A stretch of 64,000 bases of DNA from Hormiphora californensis. Taxonomy: Eukaryota; Animalia; Ctenophora. Both the position numbers and the translations under genes were made by a program. Under the pieces are notes generated by a model, which was not told the origin of the DNA, searched no databases, and saw nothing but the letters and a program-made list of their open reading frames with translations. The DNA lies in assembly GCA_020137815.1 (NCBI GenBank), contig CM035359.1, positions 186,001 to 250,000 on the forward strand, given 5' to 3'. This document shows, in pieces, positions 1 to 10,885 of the stretch. How positions within the stretch are numbered: position 1 is the first letter of the stretch; each line of letters starts with the position of its first letter.

Positions 1-2770
1 ATACCAGGGTAGGGTACCTATAGTAGGGAGGTACACTTTAGTTAGGGTAGAGACCATCTGGTACTATACCAGGGTAGGGTACCTGTAGTAGGGAGGTACA
101 CTTTAGTTAGGGTAGAGACCATCTGGTACTATACCAGGGTAGGGTACCTGTAGTAGTAGGGAGGTACACTTTAGTTAGGGTAGAGACCATCTGGTACTAT
201 ACCAGGGTAGGGTACCTGTAGTAGGGAGGTACACTTTAGTTAGGGTAGAGACCATCTGGTACTATACCAGGGTAGGGTACCTGTAGTAGGGAGGTACACT
301 TTAGTTAGGGTAGAGACCATCTGGTACTATACCAGGGTAGGGTACCTGTAGTAGGGAGGTACACTTTAGTTAGGGTAGAGACCATCTGGTACTATACCAG
401 GGTAGGGTACCTGTAGTAGGGAGGTACACTTTAGTTAGGGTAGAGACCATCTGGTACTATACCAGGGTAGGGTACCTGTAGTAGGGAGGTACACTTTAGT
501 TAGGGTAGAGACCATCTGGTACTATACCAGGGTAGGGTACCTGTAGTAGGGAGGTACACTTTAGTTAGGGTAGAGACCATCTGGTACTATACCAGGGTAG
601 GGTACCTGTAGTAGGGAGGTACACTTTAGTTAGGGTAGAGACCATCTGGTACTATACCAGGGTAGGGTACCTGTAGTAGGGAGGTACACTTTAGTTAGGG
701 TAGAGACCATCTGGTACTATACCAGGGTAGGGTACCTGTAGTAGGGAGGTACACTTTAGTTAGGGTAGAGACCATCTGGTACTATACCAGGGTAGGGTAC
801 CTATAGTAGGGAGGTACACTTTAGTTAGGGTAGAGACCATCTGGTACTATACCAGGGTAGGGTACCTGTAGTAGGGAGGTACACTTTAGTTAGGGTAGAG
901 ACCATCTGGTACTATACCAGGGTAGGGTACCTGTAGTAGTAGGGAGGTACACTTTAGTTAGGGTAGAGACCATCTGGTACTATACCAGGGTAGGGTACCT
1001 GTAGTAGGGAGGTACACTTTAGTTAGGGTAGAGACCATCTGGTACTATACCAGGGTAGGGTACCTGTAGTAGTAGGGAGGTACACTTTAGTTAGGGTAGA
1101 GACCATCTGGTACTATACCAGGGTAGGGTACCTGTAGTAGGGAGGTACACTTTAGTTAGGGTAGAGACCATCTGGTACTATACCAGGGTAGGGTACCTAT
1201 AGTAGGGAGGTACACTTTAGTTAGGGTAGAGACCATCTGGTACTATACCAGGGTAGGGTACCTGTAGTAGGGAGGTACACTTTAGTTAGGGTAGAGACCA
1301 TCTGGTACTATACCAGGGTAGGGTACCTGTAGTAGGGAGGTACACTTTAGTTAGGGTAGAGACCATCTGGTACTATACCAGGGTAGGGTACCTATAGTAG
1401 GGAGGTACACTTTAGTTAGGGTAGAGACCATCTGGTACTATACCAGGGTAGGGTACCTATAGTAGGGAGGTACACTTTAGTTAGGGTAGAGACCATCTGG
1501 TACTATACCAGGGTAGGGTACCTGTAGTAGGGAGGTACACTTTAGTTAGGGTAGAGACCATCTGGTACTATACCAGGGTAGGGTACCTATAGTAGGGAGG
1601 TACACTTTAGTTAGGGTAGAGACCATCTGGTACTATACCAGGGTAGGGTACCTATAGTAGGGAGGTACACTTTAGTTAGGGTAGAGACCATCTGGTACTA
1701 TACCAGGGTAGGGTACCTGTAGTAGGGAGGTACACTTTAGTTAGGGTAGAGACCATCTGGTACTATACCAGGGTAGGGTACCTGTAGTAGGGAGGTACAC
1801 TTTAGTTAGGGTAGAGACCATCTGGTACTATACCAGGGTAGGGTACCTGTAGTAGGGAGGTACACTTTAGTTAGGGTAGAGACCATCTGGTACTATACCA
1901 GGGTAGGGTACCTATAGTAGGGAGGTACACTTTAGTTAGGGTAGAGACCATCTGGTACTATACCAGGGTAGGGTACCTGTACGGAGGGAGGTACACTTTA
2001 GTAACGTTCGGGTAGAGACCATCTGGTACTATACCAGGATAGGGTACCTATAGTAGGGAGGTACACTTTAGTTAGGGTAGAGGCCATCTGGTACTATACC
2101 AGGGTAGGGTACCTGTAGTAGGGAGGTACACTTTAGTTAGGGTAGAGACCATCTGGTACTATACAAGGGTAGGGTACCTGTAGTAGGGAGGTACACTTTA
2201 GTTAGGGTAGAGACCATCTGGTACTATACCAGGGTAGGGTACCTATAGTAGGGAGGTACACTTTAGTTAGGATAGAGACCATCTGGTACTATACCAGGGT
2301 AGGGTACCTGTAGTAGGGAGGTACACTTTAGTTAGGGTAGAGACCATCTGGTACTATACCAGGGTAGGGTACCTATAGTAGGGAGGTACACTTTAGTTAG
2401 GGTAGAGACCATCTGGTACTATACCAGGGTAGGGTACCTATAGTAGGGAGGTACACTTTAGTTAGGGTAGAGACCATCTGGTACTATACCAGGGTAGGGT
2501 ACCTATAGTAGGGAGGTACACTTTAGTTTGGGTAGAGACCATCTGGTACTATACCAGGGTAGGGTACCTGTAGTAGGGAGGTACACTTTAGTTGGGGTAG
2601 AGACCATCTGGTACTATACCAGGGTAGGGTACCTATAGTAGGGAGGTACACTTTAGTTAGGGTAGAGACCATCTGGTACTATACCAGGGTAGGGTACCTA
2701 TAGTAGGGAGGTACACTTTAGTTAGGGTAGAGACCATCTGGTACTACCAGGGTATGGTACCTGTACGGAG
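1..2770. repeat. 65-bp minisatellite, ~42 copies in window, made of an innexin 3' splice site plus the first codons of the downstream exon
   Basis: Unit ataccagggtagggtacct(a/g)tagtagggaggtacactttagttagggtagagaccatctggtact. The minus strand reads ...ctccctactacAG|GTA CCC TAC CCT GGT ATA GTA CCA GAT GGT CTC TAC CCT AAC TAA (VPYPGIVPDGLYPN*). Confidence 0.95.
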
Positions 2771-2880
2771 GTTTAGTGATTGTATTACATCCGCGGATAT
2801 CCGGGCGGGGGCGGGGGGTGCTCGGGAAAAGGTATCTCGAGGAGGCTGCGGTAATTGGTAAATCGTGGTGCTATACTTAC

Positions 2881-3938
2881 ATTTTCATTGGGTATATCGA
2901 ACGCCTCCTTAATAACAAAGATACCTTGGACCCAGCAATATTCCTCCGCAAAAGAACTGGGAAAGATCTCAAAACCATGGCACTCAATTCTCTCTCCTGG
3001 GGGTTGGAGCTGTCAGTGTCAGATACTGTCAGATACTGTCAGATGGTGTAGATAACCATTTATATAACTAGTAACCAACTACATATTATGTAAATGAATA
3101 CCTAGCCTCTACGAATATAATTTAATATGACACACGTCAAATATATTTAGTGTTAAATGCTGCTTAACTTTATATCAATTTAATGCAACCCCCCCCCCCC
3201 CAATTTAATGAAGTATATTATGGGATTATCTGTTACTTAGGGGCGATTCAAAAAGGACGTCCAGGGGTAGGGGGAGGGGTATCACCTGCATATCAGTATC
3301 ACCTGCATAGTCGTTGACACTGACGATTATCCCCGCCACAAGACAAACAAGAAAAAGGAACACCCTGTTGACACGGGAAAATGCATCATCCAACTCTACC
3401 GCCTGAGAGACAAAAATGATAACTTCAGTCGGACCCCGATTTACCAGGTTGTATACCCCGATTTTCCGGGCAAAACCATTTCCTCCGAGCATCCCGGTAA
3501 ATCAGGGTCCGACTGTACTAAAACTAGTAAAAGTCACAGAAACTCTCCCGATCTCTGTCTGGCGCCGCGCCAGACCCCGATTTGATTCTCAATCGACACA
3601 TTGCGCTCAGATGGGGTCTGCATGGCGCCAGACAGCCCGATCTTGGAATGGAGTCATATCAGAATCACCTTGAAAATGTTGACACTTGATAATGGTATCT
3701 TTTTAATAATATCCATCTCTCAATCTTTATAGTGTTTCAGGATTGATTAGGAATTTGATTTTAAAATTAAATTTCACAGAAAAATTAGATATTTTTTTCC
3801 ACGTTATCAAACGACCAAAGCAACAAAAAACGACCGGTATATCAGATCGAATATATACACTCATACTGCACTATTGACATTAAGACACACCTTTGACCAA
3901 CAACATGACGGAATCTTGAGAACATCCCTGATCAACAT
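2881..3938 (-). CDS. inx: Innexin (gap-junction/hemichannel protein), 5' part; gene continues beyond the left window edge
   Basis: Exons 3938-3891 (MLIRDVLKIPSCCWSK), 3402-3303 (AVELDDAFSRVNRVFLFLVCLVAGIIVSVNDYA) and 2996-2881 (GERIECHGFEIFPSSFAEEYCWVQGIFVIKEAFDIPNEN), all with GT/AG borders and consistent phases. They show the DD..R.NR + TM1 + C-x-G...YCW EL1 signature of innexins. The start of the next exon (VPYPGIVPDGLYP) is seen only as the repeat unit at 1-2770. Confidence 0.88.
3426..3514. mobile_element. Short copy of the CAGTCGGACCCCGATTTA (Tc1/mariner-type) MITE family
   Basis: cagtcggaccccgattta...taaatcagggtccgactg followed by ta; same termini as the copies at 4869 and 38858. Confidence 0.7.
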
Positions 3939-4144
3939 ACACACATACATAACATACTTACACACAAACATTGTATGTCTAGAGGGATGAATAAGGATGA
4001 ATAGCTGTCCTTATTTAATATTTATACTTTATAGAAATTAAATAAAGAATTCCTTGGCATGTTCCCAGTATTTCCGCTCTCACACCGGGCCCGAATGGAC
4101 AGACTGTCATGTAGCATGGCAAAGAATTCCTATCTCCGTGAATT

Positions 4145-4218
4145 CTGTCTCTGTCTCTGTCTCTGTCTCTGTCTCTGTCTCTGTCTCTGTCTCTGTCTCT
4201 GTCTCTGTCTCTGTCTCT
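4145..4218. repeat. (TCTGTC)n microsatellite
   Basis: Direct inspection. Confidence 0.95.
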
Positions 4219-4547
4219 TTCTCAAACTCCCTGATGATATCCGTAACCCGAGCCGGGCAAAGATGTCCTCTTGACAACAAAAGTGGTCACCTTTCCAGCC
4301 AACTAATTTCTTTTAGTTTTTGGTATAATTTGGGAAAATTTTTGGTATGTCCTGATGTGAAATACGATGTAAGACATGTCTGGACGTAGCAGAACGTGTA
4401 AAGACCGTCAGGAGTCGCTAAAATACGAAAATTTCAATTTTGACGTCATTGTGACTCTCTGTCTCTGTCTATCGATAGACAGAGAAACAGAGAAACAGAG
4501 AGACAGAGACAGATCTATCTATCTCTCGCCCTCTCCCTGACCCCCTC

Positions 4548-4562
4548 CTCTCTCTTTCTCTC

Positions 4563-4620
<58 letters not shown>

Positions 4621-4656
4621 TCTCTTTCTCCCTCTCTCTTTCTCCCTCTCTCTCTC
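4548..4656. repeat. (TC)n microsatellite
   Basis: Direct inspection. Confidence 0.95.
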
Positions 4657-4868
4657 GCTATAGTCCACGTGCCTTCAACTGGGCCTAATAAAAGGTTGCA
4701 ATTTTTGGGATTTTGACAGCTAATAATAAGGGAATTGGGGATAGAGGGAGTTCGAGTTAATATTGAGTAAACACACTCATTCACATTGAGCTTGCTCAAT
4801 TTTTGTCGGGTTTTTGTCCTTGTGTGCTACTGAAATCTTTCAAATTCCTAGTTTGAAGTTTTACTATA

Positions 4869-5040
4869 CAGTCGGACCCCGATTTAACGGCACCCTCGGG
4901 GGAAAGGGTTTTGGTCGTTAAATCGGGGTGTCCGCTAAATCCGGGTCAAATACTGATAATTTTCTATATCGGGGGAAGATTATCCTGCCGTTAAATCGGG
5001 GTGCTGTTAAATCGGAGGCCGTTAAATCGGGGTCCGACTG
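4869..5040. mobile_element. Tc1/mariner-type MITE with TA target duplication
   Basis: ta|cagtcggaccccgatttaacgg ... ccgttaaatcggggtccgactg|ta, with internal AAATCGGGG subrepeats. Further or partial copies at ~18349, 21646-21802, ~22082, ~29095, ~35972 and 38858. Confidence 0.88.
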
Positions 5041-5157
5041 TACATACCATGTACAATGATTTTACAATTTAGGAATCTCAATCTCCTGTAGACGCTAGGA
5101 TGTAGGATAGAGTGACCCTATAATAATATCCTATATAGTTACCTGTAGACCAGCTGG

Positions 5158-6211
5158 ATGGCCGTGCTTAAAGAGGTCGTTGGGTCGATGGATGAAGAAG
5201 AAGAAGAGGGCCTCCCGCTCCTTGAAGAGGTGTCTGAGGAAGAGGAGGGAGATATTGGGGAGTCACGGAGGACGGCTAGAGAGCAGGATCATCTCGCTTC
5301 TCTAGTTGACAACATGGCTGGACCGTTACCTGGTGGGTAATTTTAGTTCTCAGGGGGCAATTCTAATTTAATTAAATGTAACTTAGAATTAAATTTTAAT
5401 TCTAAGTTAAATTTAATTTGAATTTAGTTTCGAAAGCTCTCTATTATATGCTTTAAATTTTTATTCAACCATGACTTCCAATTCTTTGAAATTTCCGATT
5501 CTCGGTGCCCAAATTGACAATTCTAAGAATTCTTCCTCTTCAACTGCTTGAATAAGATTCTTAGAAAGAGTTGTGCAGTGGCAGAGTTCTTCCCCTTCAA
5601 CTGTCAGTTGCCACTGCACAACGAGAGAAACAACAATCCGACACCGCTTGTCATACGCTGACTGTACATCGCGCGGCCTCACGTAGCCGCACCGGGCCGA
5701 AGGCCCGGTGCGAAGAGGAGGGTCTTACATGAGACAAGACACCGCGGGGTCTCAGATAACTATACTTGAAGTCCCGTGGCAGTTTCACTTCCTCGTCCGA
5801 CGCTTGCCATGTTCTATTGTTCTCACCTTCTTTTACAAGATTGTAAAAGATGATGAGAGAGGGTCAAGCAAGGCAATTCTAATTCCCTTTCAACTCACCC
5901 ACACATCTTCTCTCTAGGCCAAACAGGGCTTTTTCGCCGATCAGTTAAACTCCGCCGCCGAATGAACAAACTCCTCCTCCGATCCCGTGATTCAGTGATA
6001 CTCAGGAAGGAACAGGCCCAGAAACAAAACTCCCCATCTCAAAACTCATCTAGGTGGAATCCAAGGGTTGCCATGGTGATGTGGGGTCTACTGTTTGTTG
6101 TGTGGTTGGGAGGTTTGGCTATCGTGGTGCACAGGGTGGGTGAGTTAAGGAGTCGGAATTATACGGTGGAGGATTTGAGGGATTTGTGGGAAAATGGCCT
6201 TCCCGATCAGG
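5158..6211 (+). CDS. Unknown single-pass membrane protein (acidic N-terminus, basic linker, one TM helix); 3' end unresolved
   Basis: Exon 5158-5332 (MAVLKEVVGSMDEEEEEG...GPLP, donor G|GTGGGT) joins in phase 1 to exon 5918-6211 (ctctag|GC CAA...; ...RWNPRVAMVMWGLLFVVWLGGLAIVVHRVG...LPDQ, donor G|GTGAGG). Two ORF-track segments become one open frame. No family recognised. Confidence 0.55.
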
Positions 6212-6640
6212 GTGAGGTGCATTAGAGGTACATTAGAGGTACAGGGTGAGGTACATGGTGATGTACATTAGAGGTACATTAGAGGTACAAGGTGATGTAC
6301 ATTAGAGGTACATGGTGAGGTACATGGTGAGGTACATTAGAGGTACAGGGTGAGGTACATTAGAGGTACATTAGAGGTACAGGGTGAGGTACATTAGATA
6401 TACATGGTGAGGTACATTAGAGGTACAGGGTGAGGTACATTAGAGGTACATGGTGAGATACATTAGAGGTACATGGTGAGGTACATTAGAGGTACATGGT
6501 GAGGTACAGGGTGAGGTACATCAGAGGTACAGGGTGAGGTACAGGGTGATGTACAGGGTGAGGTGCATTAGAGGTACATTAGAGGTACAGGGTGAGGTAC
6601 ATTAGAGGTACATGGTGAGGTGCATTAGAGGTACATTAGA
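6207..6640. repeat. 11/12-bp minisatellite (cagggtgaggta / cattagaggta) starting at and reiterating a 5' splice site
   Basis: Begins at CAGG|GTGAGG (6208-6217); many copies of cagggtgaggt follow. Confidence 0.9.
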
Positions 6641-6675
6641 GAAGCAAGTATAGATGAACTGCAGAGACTTAAATA

Positions 6676-9600
6676 CAGGGTGTGAACTGCATGTCGTGTT
6701 TGCTAGTCGCGAGCGCGCTTGCGAGACAAGCAAACACGTCAAGGTTCATTAACAAGCATGCTGCTCAGTCATTTTAGATTTAATACACAATGTAAGGATA
6801 CCATGTAATAGGTGAGACTCTTGCCGTCACCCTCGTTCAAGTCCCGTGAAAAACGGAGCAGTACACGCAAACTGATGCCCATTTTCCTCGCGTGACCCCG
6901 ATTCAGCAGTTTGAGACACCAACTCTTTAGGGGGCCATATCTCAGGAACCAGACAAGATAGGAAAAATCGCCGTCTAACGAGGCGTACAGTTTTTAATCT
7001 AGTTTACCACTGTACCGGCCGTTTCACTCTCCGACCTAAAACAAAAATCGCAACCCCACAAAACTTCAAAATAATGAAATTCGCATGTCGCATGTCGTGT
7101 TGCATGTCGTGTCATGTTATTGACGCGCTCGCGTTCAACTCTCACACAGCAGCTGCAGAACATGGCGGGAAACATCGAGGAGTAGAGAGAGGGCCGGTGC
7201 CTAATCAAATATTTCTTGATCTTGATCTACTCCATCTCTCAGCTATCCTACCCCTCATCAACTCGATCTCTCAGCTACCCTTAGGCTACTCGATCTCTCA
7301 GCTACCCTTAGGCTACCCCTCATCTACTCCATCTTTCAGCTACCCTACCCCTCATCTACTCTATCTTTCAGCTACCCTACCCCTTATCTAGTCCATCTCT
7401 CAGCTACCCTACTCCTCATCTACTCCATCTCTCAGCTTCCCTATTAGGGAAGCATAGAGATGGAAACGATTAGGGGTAGGGAATCCCTATCCATAATCGT
7501 TTCCATCTCTATGCTTCCCTAGCCCTCATCAACTCCATCTTTCAGCTACCCTACCCCTCATCTACTCTATCTTTCAGCTACCCTACCCCTTATCTAGTCC
7601 ATCTCTCAGCTACCCTACTCCTCATCTACTCCATCTCTCAGCTTCCCTATTAGGGAAGCATAGAGATGGAAACGATTAGGGGTAGGGAATCCCTATCCAT
7701 AATCGTTTCCATCTCTATGCTTCCCTAGCCCTCATCAACTCCATCTTTCAGCTACCCTACCCCTAATCTAGTCCATCTCTCCGCTACCCTACTCCTCATC
7801 TACTCCATCTCTCAGCTACCCTACCTCCCATTTACTCCATCTCTCAGCTTACCTACCTCCCATTTACTCCATATCTCAGCTTCCCTACCTGCCATTTACT
7901 CCATCTCTCAGCTTCCCTACCTCCCATTTACTCCATCGCTTACCTTCCCTACCTCCCATTTACTCCATCTCTCAGCTTCCCTACCTCCCATTTACTCCAT
8001 CTCTTACCTTCCCTACCTCCCATTTACTCCATCTCTCAGCTTACCTACCTCCCATTTACTCTATCTCTCAGCTTCCCTACCTCCCATTTACTCCATCCCT
8101 CAGCTACCCTACCTCCCATTTGATCCATCTCTCAGCTTCCCTACCTCCCATTTACTCCATCTCTCAGCTTACCTACCTCCCATTTACTCCATATCTCAGC
8201 TTCCCTACCTGCCATTTACTCCATCTCTCAGATACCCTACCTCCCATTTACTCCATCTCTCAGCTTACCTACCTCCCATTTACTCCATATCTCAGCTTCC
8301 CTACCTGCCATTTACTCCATCTCTCAGATACCCTACCTCCCATTTACTCCATCTCTCAGCTTACCTACCTCCCATTTACTCCATCTCTCAGCTTACCTAC
8401 CTCCCATTTACTCCATCTCTCAGCTTCCCTACCTCCCATTTACTCCATCTCTCAGCTACCCTACCTCCCATTCACTCCATCTCTCAGCTACCCTACCTCC
8501 CATTTACTCCATCTCTCAGCTTCCCTACCTCCCATTTACTCCATCGCTTACCTTCCCTACCTCCCATTTACTCCATCTCTCAGCTTCCCTACCTCCCATT
8601 TACTCCATCCCTCAGCTTCCCTACCTGCCATTTACTCCATCTCTCAGCATGGGAGGTAGGGAAGCTGAGAGATGGAGTAAATGGGAGGTAGGGAAGCTGA
8701 GAGATGGAGTAAATGGGAGGTAGGTAAGCTGAGAGATGGAGTAAATGGGAGGTAAGGTAGCTGAGAGATGGAGTAAATGGGAGGTAGGGAAGCTGAGAGA
8801 TGGAGTAAATGGGAGGTAGGTAAGCTGAGAGATGGAGTAAATGGGAGGTAAGGTAGCTGAGAGATGGAGTAAATGGGAGGTAGGGAAGCTGAGAGATGAA
8901 GTAAATGGGAGGTAGGGTAGCTGAGAGATGGAGTAAATGGGAGGTAGGGAAGCTGAGAGATGGAGTAAATGGGAGGTAGGGAAGCTGAGGGATGGAGTAA
9001 ATGGGAGGTAGGGAAGCTGAGAGATGGAGTAAATGGGAGGTAGGGAAGCTGAGAGATGGAGTAAATGGGAGGTAGGGTAGTTGAGAGATGGAGTGAATGG
9101 GAGGTAGGGTAGCTGAGAGATGGAGTAAATGGGAGGCAAGGATGGAGTAAATGGGAGGTAGGGAAGCTGAGGGATGGAGTAAATGGGAGGTAGGGAAGCT
9201 GAGAGATGGAGTAAATGGGAGGTAGGGTAGCTGAGAGATGGAGTGAATGGGAGGTAGGGTAGCTGAGAGATGGAGTAAATGGGAGGTAGGGAAGCTGAGA
9301 GATGGAGTGAATGGGAGGTAGGGAAGCTGAGAGATGGAGTAAATGGGAGGTAGGTAAGCTGAGAGATGGAGTAAATGGGAGGTAGGGTATCTGAGAGATG
9401 GAGTAAATGGCAGGTAGGGAAGCTGAGATATGGAGTAAATGGGAGGTAGGTAAGCTGAGAGATGGAGTAAATGGGAGGTAGGGAAGCTGAGAGATGGAGT
9501 AAATGGGAGGTAGGGTAGCTGAGAGATGGAGTAGATGAGGAGTAGGGTAGCGGAGAGATGGACTAGATTAGGGGTAGGGTAGCTGAAAGATGGAGTTGAT

Positions 9601-10419
9601 GAGGGCTAGGGAAGCATAGAGATGGAAACGATTATGGATAGGGATTCCATACCCCTAATCGTTTCCATCTCTATGCTTCCCTAATAGGGAAGCTGAGAGA
9701 TGGAGTAGATGAGGAGTAGGGTAGCTGAGAGATGGACTAGATAAGGGGTAGGGTAGCTGAAAGATGGAGTAGATGAGGGGTAGGGTAGCTGAAAGATGGA
9801 GTAGATGAGGGGTAGGGTAGCTGAGAGATCGAGTTGATGAGGGGTAGGATAGCTGAGAGATGGAGTAGATCAAGATCAAGAAATATTTGATTCGGCACCG
9901 ACCCTCTCTCTACTCCTCGATGTTTCCCGCCATGTTCTGCAGCTGCTGTGTGAGAGTTGAACGCGAGCGCGTCAATAACATGACACGACATGCAACACGA
10001 CATGCGAGATGCGAATTTCATTATTTTGAAGTTTTGTGGGGTTGCGATTTTTGTTTTAGGTCGGAGAGTGAAACGGCCGGTACAGCGGTAAACTAGATTA
10101 AAAACTGTACGCCTCGTTAGACGGCGATTTTTCCTATCTTGTCTGGTTCCTGAGATATGGCCCCCTAAAGAGTTGGTGTCTCAAACTGCTGAATCGGGGT
10201 CACGCGAGGAAAATGGGCATCAGTTTGCGTGTACTGCTCCGTTTTTCACGGGACTTGAACGAGGGTGACGGCAAGAGTCTCACCTATTACATGGTATCCT
10301 TACATTGTGTATTAAATCTAAAATGACTGAGCAGCATGCTTGTTAATGAACCTTGACGTGTTTGCTTGTCTCGCAAGCGCGCTCGCGACTAGCAAACACG
10401 ACATGCAGTTCACACCCTG
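6676..10419. mobile_element. Foldback-type non-autonomous DNA transposon: ~3.7-kb near-perfect palindrome with internal 32-bp tandem arrays
   Basis: aaata|cagggtgtgaactgcatgtcg ... cgacatgcagttcacaccctg|aaata (5-bp direct repeat). The ~550-bp unique outer arms are near-identical in inverted orientation. The inner arms are arrays of tactccatctctcagcttccctacctcccatt, with the symmetry axis at ~8648. No transposase ORF. Confidence 0.9.
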
Positions 10420-10885
10420 AAATAGTATATTAATTTATCAAATATATTTAGATCAGTCACAGTTTGAGTTATGAATATGAATGCTGAATGATGGATTTAA
10501 ATCGTGTTTATTGAATTGTCATCATATGAGAATGTGTTATTTCAAAATGTGTTACGATGTCATTTGGTGTACCAAATTTTATTAGACTGTTATTTTATTA
10601 AAACCGAAATCTATCGTTAAATATTAAATAATTAGCACATGATTTTCTAAACGCAACACTCACGTTCATTCAAACCTGAGACACTCAAACCTGCTCGGTT
10701 CTATTTTTATCCGGTACAGCTATCTTGCTAAACAATTTTCAGGCCAATGCTCTGACAGCTGACCAATGAACACACACCCACGCAGTTTTATCATACCCGT
10801 AATATTCCTTGAAGAGACCCGTAAATCTATACTAATTACTAATTGATTACTCTTGGAGTTTAAACATTTCCCCGTCCCAATACGA

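Noticed and set aside
1-2770. Telomeric or subtelomeric repeat (contains TTAGGG), or CRISPR-like array
   Set aside because: There is only one TTAGGG per 65-bp unit and no unique spacers. The unit is explained as an innexin splice junction in a eukaryotic gene.
8120-9139. 179-aa and 172-aa ORFs, and the mirrored ORFs at 6999-7391 and 9737-10096
   Set aside because: These are translations of the 32-bp array and inverted arms of the foldback element; no transposase motifs.
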